64,000 nucleotides of DNA from Hypanus sabinus (lineage: Eukaryota), in NCBI RefSeq assembly GCF_030144855.1, contig NC_082731.1, positions 28,954,001-29,018,000 of the forward strand. Direction: 5' to 3'. Of the stretch, positions 11,975 through 24,720 are shown piece by piece; the stretch's first letter is position 1; the number at the start of each line of letters is the position of its first letter. Under the pieces are notes generated by a model that worked only from the letters and a program-made list of their open reading frames with translations, did not search any database and was not told where the DNA came from. Made by a program: the position numbers and the translations under genes.

Positions 11975-12770
11975 TTCAGATTAGATTAGGTTGGTTTATG
12001 GCCATGTACACCAGGGTGCAATCAAATTCCTTCTTCACGTGAAGCTGGTAGAGAATGGCCAATATACATGATGATAGGAATAAATTTATAAGCAGAGAAC
12101 AGCACAATGGTACAGGGATTGTTGTGCAGTGTGAGGTAATGCCACAAATCAACACACCATAGCGTGAGAAACAGAATAAAGAAGAGAATGGTATGAGAAC
12201 GTGGCAGCACCACCAGGAAGGAGATGTGAAAGAATTGATCAGCTCAGGAGACTGATATCAAGGGGAAAAGATGTTCTTTAGTCTGGATATTCAGGTTTTT
12301 CAGCTTCTCGACATTCTCCAGAAGGTAGCAGACTGAAAAGGGAATGGTCAGCATGGTACGCGTCCTTGACAACACGAGTCTTCCTGAGGCAATGCACCGT
12401 GAAGACTGACTGGATGGGAGGAATTAACAAGCCTCTGATGGACTGGGCTGTGTTTAACACTCTCTTCAGGTTCAGATGGTCAAGAGCAGAGCAGTTGCCG
12501 TACAGGAGTGTGATGCAACCTGTCTGAATGCTTTCTACCATGAGACTGTAGAAATTTGAGAGATTCCTGGCAGACATACTAAATGTCTGACACCTGACAA
12601 AAGGAATATGCTAATGAGCTTTCTTGATTACATCATCGGTGTGAAGGGACCTGGTGAGGTTGCTGGTGATATGGGTGCCGAGGAACTTGAAGCTGTTGAA
12701 TATTTCTACAGCAGCCCCGTCGATGAGTTAGTTCTGTACCTGGCCATGCAGTTGTGGGTTTACAGAGAGC
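11975..12770 (-). mobile_element. Rex1/Babar LINE 3' fragment (duplicated at ~17586-18380)
   Basis: NFYSLMVESIQTGCITLLYGNCS...LKRVLNTAQSI...HSLFSLLPSG. Confidence 0.85.
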
Positions 12771-12779
12771 AGATCCAGA

Positions 12780-13770
12780 CAACTGGCGGACCTCAGGGGT
12801 CAGTGCTGGGCCATTTGCTGGTTGTCATGCACATCAAAGATGTGGATAAGAATGTACAAGGCATTGTTAGTAAGTTTGCAGATGACTTTAAAGTGAGTAG
12901 TAAAGTGAACTGTGGAGAAGATGATCAAAACTTACAGGAGTATGTTGATTAGCTGAACAAATGGGCAGTGCAGTAGCATGTGGGTTTAAATTCAGGTGTG
13001 TGAGGTGTTGCATTTTGGAAAGTCAAACCAGTGTAGGAAATTCAGTGTAACTGGCGGGGCCCTGGGGAGTGTTGTGGAACAGAGGGACCTTGGAGTTTAA
13101 GCACATGGTTCACTGAGAGTGTTATCAGAGTTAGATAGGATGGTGAGGAATGGTTTTGGCATGCTGGTCTTATTTAGACAGAACATTGATTCTGAATGCT
13201 GGCTGCTCATGGAGTGGTTGGACAAGGCACCGGTGAGGCTGCACTTGCAGTGTTGTGTTCATTTTATTCACCAAGATGCAAGAAAGATATCATTATATTG
13301 GAAAGAATGCAGAAAAGGTTTACAAGGATGCTGCCAGATCTCTAGGGACTGAGTTCGAGGGAGAGGTTTGACAAGCTAAGGCTTTATTCCCTCAAGAGTA
13401 GGAGAGTGAGGGGAGATTTGATAAAATCGTGAGGACTCGGCTGTGATGAATCCACTCAGTCTTTTACCGAAGATTGCGGAATCAAGAACTTGAGGACTTT
13501 GGTCAACTGAAAAGGGCAAGATTTAAAAGGAAAATAAAGGATTCTTAAACAGAAATGGTGGAAAATATGTGGAATATGCTACCAGAGGAAATGGTTGAGT
13601 TAAGTAAATAACAACTTTTGAAAGGCACTTAGACAGGTACATGGAGAGGAACATTTTGGAAGGTTATGGGCCAAACACTGGGAAATAGGACTCACTTGGA
13701 TTCTCATCTTGGTCAGCATGGACGGTACGTGCTAAAGGCCGGTTTCCACGCTGTAGGACTCTATCAATTC
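12780..13770 (+). mobile_element. CR1 LINE 3' fragment (duplicated at ~18390-19375)
   Basis: PQGSVLGHLL, SKFADD, VRLHLQCCVHF and a CR1-type 3' UTR (ggtcagcatggac...tttccacgctgtaggactctat). Confidence 0.85.
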
Positions 13771-13833
13771 ACACTGCGGGCAATTTACAGTAGCCAATTA
13801 AACTACCGACAAGCCGGTCTTTGTGTGTGTGTG

Positions 13834-16800
13834 TGCCGCAGTTTCCTGTTCTGTATCGCCGGTGGTATAATGTACCCGAGTCCGCGGTTCTTTGGTAGAA
13901 GTGGGCCTTGGTTCTGCTCCAAGTTGCGTTGTCAAGTTGTGGTTTTCTTCATCTTCTGTTTTTGAGGCATAGCTTGAAACAATCCGGAGTAGTTTATAAG
14001 TAACTTTTAGAAAGTATTGACTAACTTTTCTTCACTTAAACATTAATTTATAGATTTTTTACGGGAGAGCTGAGTTCCAGCGTCTCGATCCTATGTCAGC
14101 ACGTGACATCCCCCCCTCTCTCCCCAGCAAACCACTGTTGTGTGATCGCATGAAAGATCCCTCCTTTTCCAGCATGACCTTGCCAATGCGGCACCTTAGC
14201 GAGGGAATGCAGAAATCCCTTAGGACACACAACACATCCACCTGGGTGAGTCCACAAGCCAGACTCCGTGTGCAGCCAGGGGAAATCCACGGGCGGGTGT
14301 TTGTGCTGTACAGACGTCATCAAGTGGAAGGCTGAGTGAATCCTGATGCTGCCGGACATCACTGACCACAGAGGTCTAGGACATTGCCGCTTGCTTAGCA
14401 GCGTCATCAGCAATGGCATCACCGCTGAAGACTTCATCTTCAGAACTGGACTCCAAGAGAACCTGGGTCTTGACTCGGGCTCGGACCCCGGAACTAGGTG
14501 AGGACATGATGAGGCTATGGTTCTTCGAGGCTAGGGTATGGACTCCGAGCCAGAGACTGGACAAGGACCCAGAACCTGGGTCTTGACTCGGGCTCGGACC
14601 CCAGAACTAGGCGAAGTCATGACGTGGCTACAGGACTGGACGAGGCTTGGATTCTTCGAGACTTTCCTGGGCAGGACGATGTGCTTCTTCTTGGAACGCA
14701 GGGCTGGGACCCTTTCTAGGATGCTGGGCCAGGATGCTTTCTAGGATGCCAGACTGGGATGACTGCCAAGTTAAACCGCCAAGGAAACTGTCAGGGATTC
14801 AGAGGGGAAGGAAACATGCAATACTGGATATGCTATTAGGGAATGAGACAGGGTAGGTGACAGAAGTTTGTGTAGGGGAACACTTTGCACACAGTGACCA
14901 CAATGCCATTTGTTTCAACATAAATATGCAAGAATATAGGTCTTGTCCATGGGTTGAGATTCTAAATTGGAGAAAGGCCAATTCTGATGGCATCCACAAT
15001 GATCTGGCAATTGTGGATTGGGAAAGGCTATTTTCTGGCAGAGGTGTACTTGTTAATGAGAGGCCTTCAAAAGCGAAATTTTGAGAGTAAAAGCTTGTAT
15101 GTGCTTGTCATAATAAAAAACTAAAGATAACAAGTGTAGGGAACCTAGGTTTTCAAGAGATATCGAGGCCCTGGTTAAGAGAAAAAATGAGGTGCAGAGC
15201 TGGTATAGGCAGATAGGAACAACTGAGGTGTTTATGGAGTATAAGAAATGCAAGAGACCACTGTGGAAAGAAACCAAGAGAGCTAGAAGAAGGCAAGAAG
15301 TTGTTCTAGCAGACAAGGCCACACAGAATCCTAAGGGATTCTACAGATACGTTAAGAGCAAAAGGATTGCAGGGGTCAAAATTGGTTCTCTGGAAGATCA
15401 GGATGGTATTCCATTTGTGCAGCCAGAACTGATGGGGGAGATCTTAAAGATTTTTTTTGCATTTGTATTTACTCAGGAGATGGACACCGAATCTATAGAA
15501 GGCAAAGCAACATCAACTTCATGGACCCTGTTCAGATTAAAAAACAGGAGGTGTTGGTAACCTTGTGGCAAATCAGTGTGGATAGATTCCCAAGGCCTGA
15601 TAAGGTGTCCCCTCAGATCCTACGGGAGGCAAGTGCAGAAATTACTGGGAAGACATATTTGAATTATCCTAGTGACAGGAGAGGTACCAGAGGGTTGGAG
15701 GATTGCCAATGTTGTTCTGTTTTTTTTAAAGAAAGGCTCGAGACAGAAACCAGGAAATTACAGTCCGGGGAGTCTGACAGCAGTTATGGGAAAGTTATTG
15801 TAAGCTATTCTAAGGGACCAGACACATAAGTACTTGGATAGATTTGGACCGATTAAGGTTAGTCAGCAGGGCTTTGTGTGTGGTAAGTCAAGTCAAACCA
15901 ATCTCAGAGTTTTTCAAGGAAGTTATCATGAAAGTGGATGAAGGCGAGACAGTGGATGTTGTCTACATGGACTTTAACAAGACACTTGACAAGATCCCGC
16001 ATGATAGATTGGTCAAGAATGTTCAGTCACTCGATATTCAGGATGAGGTAGTAATGGCAGATGGAATTTAATGCAGACAAGTGTGAGGTTTTGCACAGTG
16101 AACGGGAGAGCACTGAGAAGTGTGGCAGAACAAAGGGATCTGGGAATACAGGTCCATAATTCATTGAAAGTGGCATCACAGGTAGATAGGGTTGCAAAGA
16201 AAGCTTTTGGCACATTGGTCTTTGTAAATTAATGTATTGAATGTAGGAAGCAACAGAAAATCTGCAGATGCTGGAAATCTAAGCAACCTACACAAAATGC
16301 TGTCGGAACTCAGCAGGCCAGGCAGCATCTATGGAATAGAGTAAACAGTCGATGTTTTGGGCAGAGTCCTTCATCTGGATTAGAGAAAAAACATGGAAGT
16401 CAGACATCACCATATAATCATAATCACACATAGGATCTGTCTGTCTCCAGTCTCCTGTTTAATTCCCCCCCCCCCACCAGAAGCCCACCGGTCATGTGTC
16501 CAACCATACAAGTCACTAGCAAAAGGAATCACATACCTGCTATCTATAGTTTCCCACCATACCGTATCAGCAGAGGAGCCTGGTGGCACCAGCGGCTCTA
16601 CCAGGGATTTCCTGGAATCATCCTAATATTCTGTCAGGGTGACTCATCACTCCTCTGATACCGTGTCCTGAATTATGGATAAAATATACGTTAGGATAAT
16701 ACAAACAGATATAAACCGGATTCCCCTTTTGTCAGAATCAGTTTTATATATGAACAGACATCATTGTTTCCTTCCCTCTTACATCCTGATTATTTGGGCT

Positions 16801-19436
16801 GTAAAGGGATTACTAACAAATGGGATGATATCATCTGCAGGTTACCTGTACATTTTGGCTGTTCTTGCTGTGGAGATGGTGTGAATACTATATACTGTGT
16901 CACGAGTATAATTCTCACATCCCTGTGGCGGTCAATGATAGACAAATAATGTTGATACTCCAGATTGTTGTCAGTGATATGATACTTGCACACCCAGACT
17001 GTTAGTTGGTTCGGGGTGAGGCTCACGTCATTATTGGTGTCTGTGATGTGCGTGAAATGACAATGTGAGAGCAGACATCTGTGTCCAAGTGCAGATGGTG
17101 CATGTCATACAGACAGTAGCATTCCCAATGGCCTGGGTACAGTAGTCCTCCATTGTGCCAGAGATTGCAGTGTGGGAGTTGCTGTCACCGATTCTTCACT
17201 GAAGTGCTGTGGTACAATTTGTAGATAGTATGCAGTGCATTCACGGTATCAGTGGTGGAGGGAATGAACTGGGTTGGGGGTGGACAGACTATATACATCA
17301 TCAAATGTACCAACACGTGAGGTGCCAACCATCAAGTCTACACATCTGTAAAATAGCAAAAGATGCAAAGAATGGCCAAAGTACAGTTTCATCAAGAAAG
17401 GATCAGATCAAGCCTCTGCAGTCCTGCCACATGCAGGTGTGAACGGTGATGGATCATTAAAAGTGAATGAAATGAGTCGACTCCAATAGAACCAACTTCC
17501 TGGAGGATGAAGCACAGCACATGAGAGCTAAAGACAAGGCATGAATGCTTTGTGATGAACTTCCCTCAGAAACGGTATGAAACAGTTCAGATTAGATTAG
17601 GTTGGTTTATGGCCATGTACACCAGGGTGCAATCAAATTCCTTCTTCACGTGAAGCTGATAAAGAATGGCCAACATACATGATGATAGAATTTACAAGCA
17701 GAAAAAGAGCATAATGGTCCAGGGATTGTTGTACAGTAGGAGGTAATGTCACAAAACAAAACACTACAATGACAGAAACAGAATAAAGAAGAGAATGGTA
17801 TGAGAACATGGCAGCACTACCAGGAAGGAGATGTGAAAGAATTGATCAGCTCAGGAGACTGGTATCAAGGGGAAAAGATGTTCTTTAGTCTGGATATTCA
17901 GGTTTTTCAGCTTCTCGACATTCTCCAGAAGGTAGCAGACTGAAAAGGGAATGGTCAGCATGGTACGCGTCCTTGACAACACGAGTCTTCCTGAGGCAAT
18001 GCACCGTGAAGACTGACTGGATGGGAGGAATTAACAAGCCTCTGATGGACTGGGCTGTGTTTAACACTCTCTTCAGGTTCAGATGGTCAAGAGCAGAGCA
18101 GTTGCCGTACAGGAGTGTGATGCAACCTGTCTGAATGCTTTCTACCATGAGACTGTAGAAATTTGAGAGATTCCTGGCAGACATACTAAATGTCTGACAC
18201 CTGACAAAAGGAATATGCTAATGAGCTTTCTTGATTACATCATCGGTGTGAAGGGACCTGGTGAGGTTGCTGGTGATATGGGTGCCGAGGAACTTGAAGC
18301 TGTTGAATATTTCTACAGCAGCCCCGTCGATGAGTTAGTTCTGTACCTGGCCATGCAGTTGTGGGTTTACAGAGAGCAGATCCAGACAACTGGCGGACCT
18401 CAGGGGTCAGTGCTGGGCCATTTGCTGTTTGTCATGCACATCAAAGATGTGGATAAGAATGTACATGGCATTGTTAGTAAGTTTGCAGATGACTTTAAAG
18501 TGAGTAGTAAAGTGAACTGTGGAGAAGATGATCAAAACTTACAGGAGTATGTTGATTAGCTGAACAAATGGGCAGTGCAGTAGCATGTGGGTTTAAATTC
18601 AGGTGTGTGAGGTGTTGCATTTTGGAAAGTCAAACCAGTGTAGGAAATTCAGTGTAACTGGCGGGGCCCTGGGGAGTGTTGTGGAACAGAGGGACCTTGG
18701 AGTTTAAGCACATGGTTCACTGAGAGTGTTATCAGAGTTAGATAGGATGGTGAGGAATGGTTTTGGCATGCTGGTCTTATTTAGACAGAACATTGATTCT
18801 GAATGCTGGCTGCTCATGGAGTGGTTGGACAAGGCACCGGTGAGGCTGCACTTGCAGTGTTGTGTTCATTTTATTCACCAAGATGCAAGAAAGATATCAT
18901 TATATTGGAAAGAATGCAGAAAAGGTTTACAAGGATGCTGCCAGATCTCTAGGGACTGAGTTCGAGGGAGAGGTTTGACAAGCTAAGGCTTTATTCCCTC
19001 AAGAGTAGGAGAGTGAGGGGAGATTTGATAAAATCGTGAGGACTCGGCTGTGATGAATCCACTCAGTCTTTTACCGAAGATTGCGGAATCAAGAACTTGA
19101 GGACTTTGGTCAACTGAAAAGGGCAAGATTTAAAAGGAAAATAAAGGATTCTTAAACAGAAATGGTGGAAAATATGTGGAATATGCTACCAGAGGAAATG
19201 GTTGAGTTAAGTAAATAACAACTTTTGAAAGGCACTTAGACAGATACATGGAGCGGAACATTTTGGAAGGTTATGGGCCAAACACTGGGAAATAGGACTC
19301 ACTTGGATTCTCATCTTGGTCAGCATGGACGGTACGTGCTAAAGGCCCGTTTCCATGCTGTAGGACTCTATCAATTCACACTGCGGGCAATTTACAGTAG
19401 CCAATTAAACTACCGACAAGCCGGTCTTTGTGTGTG
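13834..19436. repeat. Tandem segmental duplication, copy B
   Basis: Begins inside the L1 5' region (tgccgcagtttcc) after a (TG)n junction and ends ...ctttgtgtgtg at 19436. Confidence 0.98.
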
Positions 19437-19442
19437 GGAGGA

Positions 19443-20310
19443 AACCACGTAGCAATGTGACAGATTCACCTAAGAGCTCCTGTCATCTCAGGACCTCCTG
19501 GCACAGTGGACTCCTCCTGTCCACTGTTTCACCCAAACTGTCCATCAACCCCTCTCTGTCTGACTGTAACACTGACACCCAGTGGCGTGAGGTTGCTATT
19601 ACAGCAGTCTGTTCGACTGAAGCCTCAATGCCTTATTTCAGAGGTGTATTACTGACCCCCAGTGGCTGCAGGTTGTCACTGCAAGGTACCAAATGCTTTC
19701 CAACAAGTCAACTTCAATCCAGACACAAGAGACTGCAGATACTGGAATCCAGAGCAACACACAATCTGCTGGAGAAACACAGTGATTTCAGTAGTACTGG
19801 TGGCTGGAAAGAAACTGCTGAATCCCTGCATCAGTTCAGTTCAAATTAGCATCTGGGCTGCCACAGGCAGAATGTAATCATCACCAAAGCAAAATAAAAC
19901 CTGTTCAAGTTACATTGCAGAGAAAAAACACTCTTGAAACACCGGACAGACAATATCCATGGTGCATCAGTGGTGGAGGGAATGAAGTGGAGTGTAGCTG
20001 GGCAGACCGTACACATCACCAAGTGTGCCAACTCATGAAATGCCGATGATTATTTTGATACCGCAGTAAAATAGCAAAAGCAGTAAAAATAAATTATTAA
20101 GATGTGTCCTATGAACAAAAGCTCAGATCAAATCCATATTGAAGCTGCTGTCCAAAAGCACAGGGTTACTGCTGGCTGCCTTCATTCAATTGTTTATCAT
20201 TGAGGTCTATCCATGGACACAAATGAGCCTCTGTAATCATTAATGAAGAACTGGGGCTGATTCAAAAGACAGTCTGTTTCAGATTGGAAAGTGGGAGAGC
20301 AGAAACGGTG
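19443..20310 (-). repeat. Local cassette copy, inverted relative to 25955-26790
   Basis: The reverse complement aligns to 25955-26790, about 95% identical over 19445-19990 and lower beyond. Confidence 0.9.
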
Positions 20311-20699
20311 AGACAGGCAGTGTGGTGTGAAGAACAGAAATCACAGGCAAATTGTATGAAATAAAATGATGTGTCTGACAGGTTTTCAAACCCTGGCAGC
20401 TTTATACAGGGGAAGCTGCAAAGAGGGAGGAGGAAGGAGAGAGAGTCAGACTGGGAATGGAGAGAAAGAGTGATGGGGAGAGGAAAGACTGGACAACATG
20501 GAGAGAGGGAATGCATCATATTGAGATTACAAAGGAGAAGAGAGACTGAAGTAGAGAGAATAAAAATAGAGATCAAGGAAGAGATAGACCAAGAGAATAA
20601 TGGAGATAGAAATGGAAACAGATAAGCAGAATGAGTGGGAAAGGGAATGATGTCTGATGGGAAAAGACACCAGGAGAAAGCATGGATTGTATAGAATGC

Positions 20700-21010
20700 C
20701 AATGCAGAGCCCTGCACTGTCTGTGAGGTATCAACTGGTGAATGAATCTCCTGTCCTTTCTCTGTCTGAATTTTCAATATGACATATTCATCTGAAGATC
20801 TCCTGCAGTGAATCAGGACTTCCTGGCACAGTGGAATCCTCCTGTGCCCGGTTTCATCCATATTGTCTAGCAGTCCCTCCGTGCCTGACTATTACACTGA
20901 GACCCAGATTTCAGTTATGAGCAGCCAGACTGATGAAGTGTCAATAACTGGAGGGGTTCCTCTGACACCCAGTGGTTGCAGATTATCATTACAAGGTACC
21001 AAATTCTTTT
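20700..21010 (-). repeat. Local cassette sub-block P, partial copy
   Basis: aatatgacatattcatctgaag...ctcctggcacagtggaatcctcctgtgc...ctgacacccagtggttgcag...caaggtaccaaa aligns to the 19.4-19.7 kb block. Confidence 0.8.
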
Positions 21011-21119
21011 CACACCATGATCCTCTGGAGGATTGTCTGTATTTTCTGGGCAAGAAAGATCTCCAACTATGTCCTGCTCCTTCAGTGTCATGAAGATGAC
21101 ATGGCCAAAGTCACCCTGA

Positions 21120-21360
21120 TGAAACATTGGAGATGAATTGGGAACGTGATGAGGCCAACTCCATCATCAAGACTTCATTGGATCCCTGAAGGACAGAGAA
21201 AACACAGGAGACCAAAGACAACTTGGCACCACACCACAGAGACAGAAATGAGGACCCTGAACTACACCTGGGGCACAATAGAGAAGATGGCCAAGGACAG
21301 TCAGAGATGGAAGGCCTTCATTGCTGCCCCAAACACAAGCGGCATAAAGGGCAGTGAGTA
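21120..21360 (+). mobile_element. RTE LINE 3' end
   Basis: LHWIPEGQRKHRRPKTTW...WGTIEKMAKDSQRWKAFIAA is an RTE ORF C-terminus. A related copy lies inverted at 25681-25950. Confidence 0.85.
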
Positions 21361-22749
21361 AATGGAGCAGGAAACCAGAACTAAAATGGACCCAGAATGT
21401 GAACTGTCATTCAAACAGCACCGTGGTATTTCCCAGAATGCAGCAATATCAAACACACAAAGGCCATTCCCACCACAGGCTCTTTGCTGAAGGAAGAGAG
21501 GAACAATCAGAATAAAAGGAAGGCAGACACAGTGAACCAGCCTGTGCCTGACCTGACCCTGTTCCTGCCACCATTGGTTAAATATCTTGACAGTCGTCCA
21601 TCGAGACATGAAATTTCTCGAAGTCAGCACACCCCTCTCATCCTCGAAACTTACCCCCTCTGAACACACTGTCCTCCATTCCAACCTCAGCCAGTGAGCT
21701 ACTGAACACAGACCAGGCTTCTGTGTTTTCAGGTTCAGCATCACTGAAATGTATGAATGGTCTTGCAACAACCATTCCCGAAAACAAAGGCCAGAGGACA
21801 ACCTGCCAGAGGACAGGTGACCTAAAACCTGATCAGAGATATTTTGTTCATTTATCATTTCCTATCAATCACTGATCGCTCTGGAACTGAGGGACTTGCT
21901 GGCTCATTCCTGATGGTGATTCAGGTTCAGTCGTGTTGCTGCAGGTCTGGAGTCACAGACCAGATATGGATGATTGATCTCTTCCCGTGAGGAACAACAG
22001 CAAATTGCATGGGATTTATATCAGTACAAATCATTCCACAGTATCTTTTTCATTCCCAAAAAACATTTATTATTCAAATTTACCATCTGCTAGCTTGGGA
22101 CTGAAACACATAAAACCAGATCTTCAGTCCCTAACAACCACTCTGACCGTGACTGCTCATTTCAAGAGAGACAGAGGCTTCAATGTTTGTACGCAGGAAT
22201 GCTAAAACCACAGGCACCAGCAGAAGGAGTGCAGATGTATGAGGGAGCAGAGTTGAAAGAATATGATGTTTTCTGAAGTTTGTGTTGGTGGTGAAGGTTG
22301 CAGAGATGGGGAGAGGCACAACCACAGTAAGACTGGAATGTCCGGATGTGAAGTTATTAAACTGAGTGAATCCCAGGCTCAGCCCAGATGGAGAAAGGGA
22401 TTCTCATTGATTCAGTGTTCATTGTTACTGAGTCTCCAAGCAAAGAATATACTGAGCTGTGTCTCGGCTGAGAAATCTGCATGCTTCTCTGTCTCACAGT
22501 GAACCAATTGGTACAGTTATTAGACAGGGATTCTAAACCTACTGAACATATTCTTTGTTCTGGTTTTCTTTTCTCAATAAAAACTTACAGGAATGTGAGA
22601 CATGTGATTCAGTCCTGGGTGTTTCTGTTATTCTGTTTGTATTAAATTCAGCTGTCATGCACTGATGATCTGTCTTGACCTAACTCAACCAATAGAAATA
22701 TCTCCAGTAAGATTGTAAACATTTCCATTTCTACTCCACATAATTGTCT

Positions 22750-23058
22750 GTCTTTATTCAAAATCCTGACAGCCTCCACCTCAGGAAGAGACCAAGAATA
22801 GGAAAATGGTCACGCTGGAGTCTGTGGTCTCTGAATTCTACCCGAACCAAATAAATGTTACCTGGGAGAAAGGCACCACTGCCATCACCTCCAACACCAC
22901 TGCTACACCGACCGCTCTGGAGCAGGGGTGGACTTTCAGTGCCAGACACTTCCTGACCGTGAGTTTACAGGAGTGGAAAACAGAATCAGTCTTCAGCTGT
23001 ACAGTGATTCATCCCCCCTCCGACACCCGTATCAAGAAGCAAGTGAAGAAATTCCAAG
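22750..23058 (+). pseudogene. Immunoglobulin heavy-chain C1-set constant exon, IgNAR C3/IgW-like, disabled
   Basis: QPPPQEETKNRKMVTLESVVSEFYPNQINVTWEK...PTALEQGWTFSARHFLTVSLQEWKTESVFSCTVIHPPSDTRIKKQVKKFQ. It has FYP, the C-strand Trp (22863), EW, the F-strand Cys (22998) and a phase-1 donor CAA G|GT at 23058/23059. The B-strand Cys is TCT (22821), and there is an in-frame TGA at 22767. Confidence 0.88.
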
Positions 23059-23509
23059 GTCGGGTCCTGAGACTCACCCCATTTATGAAATGGTTTACAA
23101 TGTGCTATGAACTCTGCCAGACCAGGTCAATATTGAATAATGGTGCAGCCCTGGTGTGAGTGAACTTCTGTGTCATCCTGGGGATCAACTCTACTGCAGC
23201 AAGATTCAGAGGAATTACATGAAGAGCCACTGGCCATGATTTACTAGCAGGATCCAGTGACTTTTATAAGTTTTATCTTGCACCAGATGTTGTCATCATC
23301 ACCAAAACAAACAATTTCTTTATCCATCTCTTATTGTCCCTGAGCACAGGATGGAAACACTGCAGTTCATAGTGTGTTAGACTAAAAGAATAGACCCACA
23401 AATTTCTCGGACAGTATGGTAATACTGTCACATAGAAATAGTGCCAAGGGCTGTCTTTTCTGATGGATTTTCTGATTGGTCCTCAAAACAAGAAGGTGCT
23501 GTCTATATG

Positions 23510-23640
23510 GAGTTTGCACATTGACCCTGTGATTGCTCCTGATTTCCCAGTGTGCTCTGGGTTCCTGCAATTTCTCAAAGATGTGCTGGTTGGTCAGTTA
23601 TCTGACAGTGCAAATCACCCTCAGTGTACAGGTGAAGTGT
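23510..23640 (+). mobile_element. SINE body fragment
   Basis: ggagtttgcacattgaccctgtg...ttcccagtgtgctctgggttcctgc resembles the core of fish/shark tRNA-derived SINEs. Confidence 0.5.
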
Positions 23641-24186
23641 TCTGAAGTTAGAAAGGTTGGGGGAGGGGTTGATGATCCGAGGATGCAAATTGATGAGAAT
23701 ATGAGGATAATTTAAATAATATCATTAATGTTGGATTAATGTAACTGTGTAGTTGATGGTTGGTGTGGACTCTGGGCTGAAGGGACTTTTTCCATTGTTG
23801 TATCGTTCTATGACTCCATCTTTACAGGGCCAGAGAAGGAAATCAATTGTAAGTGTTGCTTTGGAAAACAATCACAAGAGGTGACCCCGTCCAAATTACA
23901 AAAAGGACTGTGGAGAGACATTAAAAGGGTCTGGTGTGGAAAAACATTTCCAAGTTCATTGTTTACTTGATGCATCAATAAACCCTATCACAGAAACATA
24001 GAAAGTAATCAGTTTCTCTGGAGAATTGTTTATTTCTGCTAAGCAGACTTTGTTCAGGGAACTGGAGCAACAGCGTCTGTATGAATTTATTCACATTGTC
24101 ATTTCTTCTCCATGGGGAGTGGAGATCAGAGTGAGATGGATTTCTTTCTGCTGCTGTATTTACTTTTCAACTATTAAATCCACACA

Positions 24187-24720
24187 GACTGGCTGCACCG
24201 CAGCCTGGTATGGAAACACCAACGTCCTTGAATGGAAAATCTTACAAACAGCAGTGGATATGGTCCAATCCATGACGGGTGAAGTCTCCCCACAAATGAG
24301 CACATCTGCATGAAATGTTGTCGCAGGAAAGCTCCCACCATCCAGGACATGCTCTCTTCTCATTGCCTCCATCAGTAAGAATGCACAGAAGCCTCAGGAC
24401 TCACACCATCAGGTTCAGGAAGAGTTACTACCCCTCAACCATCAGGCTCCCAACCAAAGGGGATAAATTCATTCAACCTCTCTTGCCCCATCATTGAATG
24501 TTCCCGCAACCTATGGACTCACTTTCAAGGACTCTTCATCTCATGTTCTCAATATTTACTGTTTATTCATTATTGTTACTTCTTTCTTTTTGTATTTGCA
24601 CAGTGTGTTGGATTTTGCACACTGGTTGAAGGCCCAAGTTGGTATGGTCTTTCATTTATTCTATTATGGCTATTTATTAAGTATGCCTGCATGAAAATGA
24701 ATCTCAGGATTGTATATGAT
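24187..24720 (+). mobile_element. Rex1/Babar LINE 3' fragment
   Basis: TGCTAAWYGNT...HHPGHALFSLPPS...RTHTIRFRKSYYPSTIRL. Confidence 0.85.

Larger units (their letters stand above)
8224..13833. repeat. Tandem segmental duplication, copy A (~5.6 kb)
   Basis: Near-identical to 13834-19436 at an offset of ~5610. Matching ORFs include 8449..8631 and 14059..14241. Confidence 0.98.

Noticed and set aside
20262-20861. 199-aa hydrophobic ORF
   Set aside because: It is the antisense reading of a purine-rich low-complexity tract plus cassette sequence.
21301-21858. 185-aa minus-strand ORF
   Set aside because: No recognisable motif, its 3' end is antisense RTE, and about one ORF of this length is expected by chance in 64 kb.
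22137-22157. J-segment-like TTLTVT
   Set aside because: Lacks the W/F-G-x-G motif, an RSS and a splice donor.
22495-22533. RSS heptamer CACAGTG near the Ig exon (also at ~21528)
   Set aside because: No ACAAAAACC-like nonamer at 12 or 23 bp spacing, and no V segment upstream.
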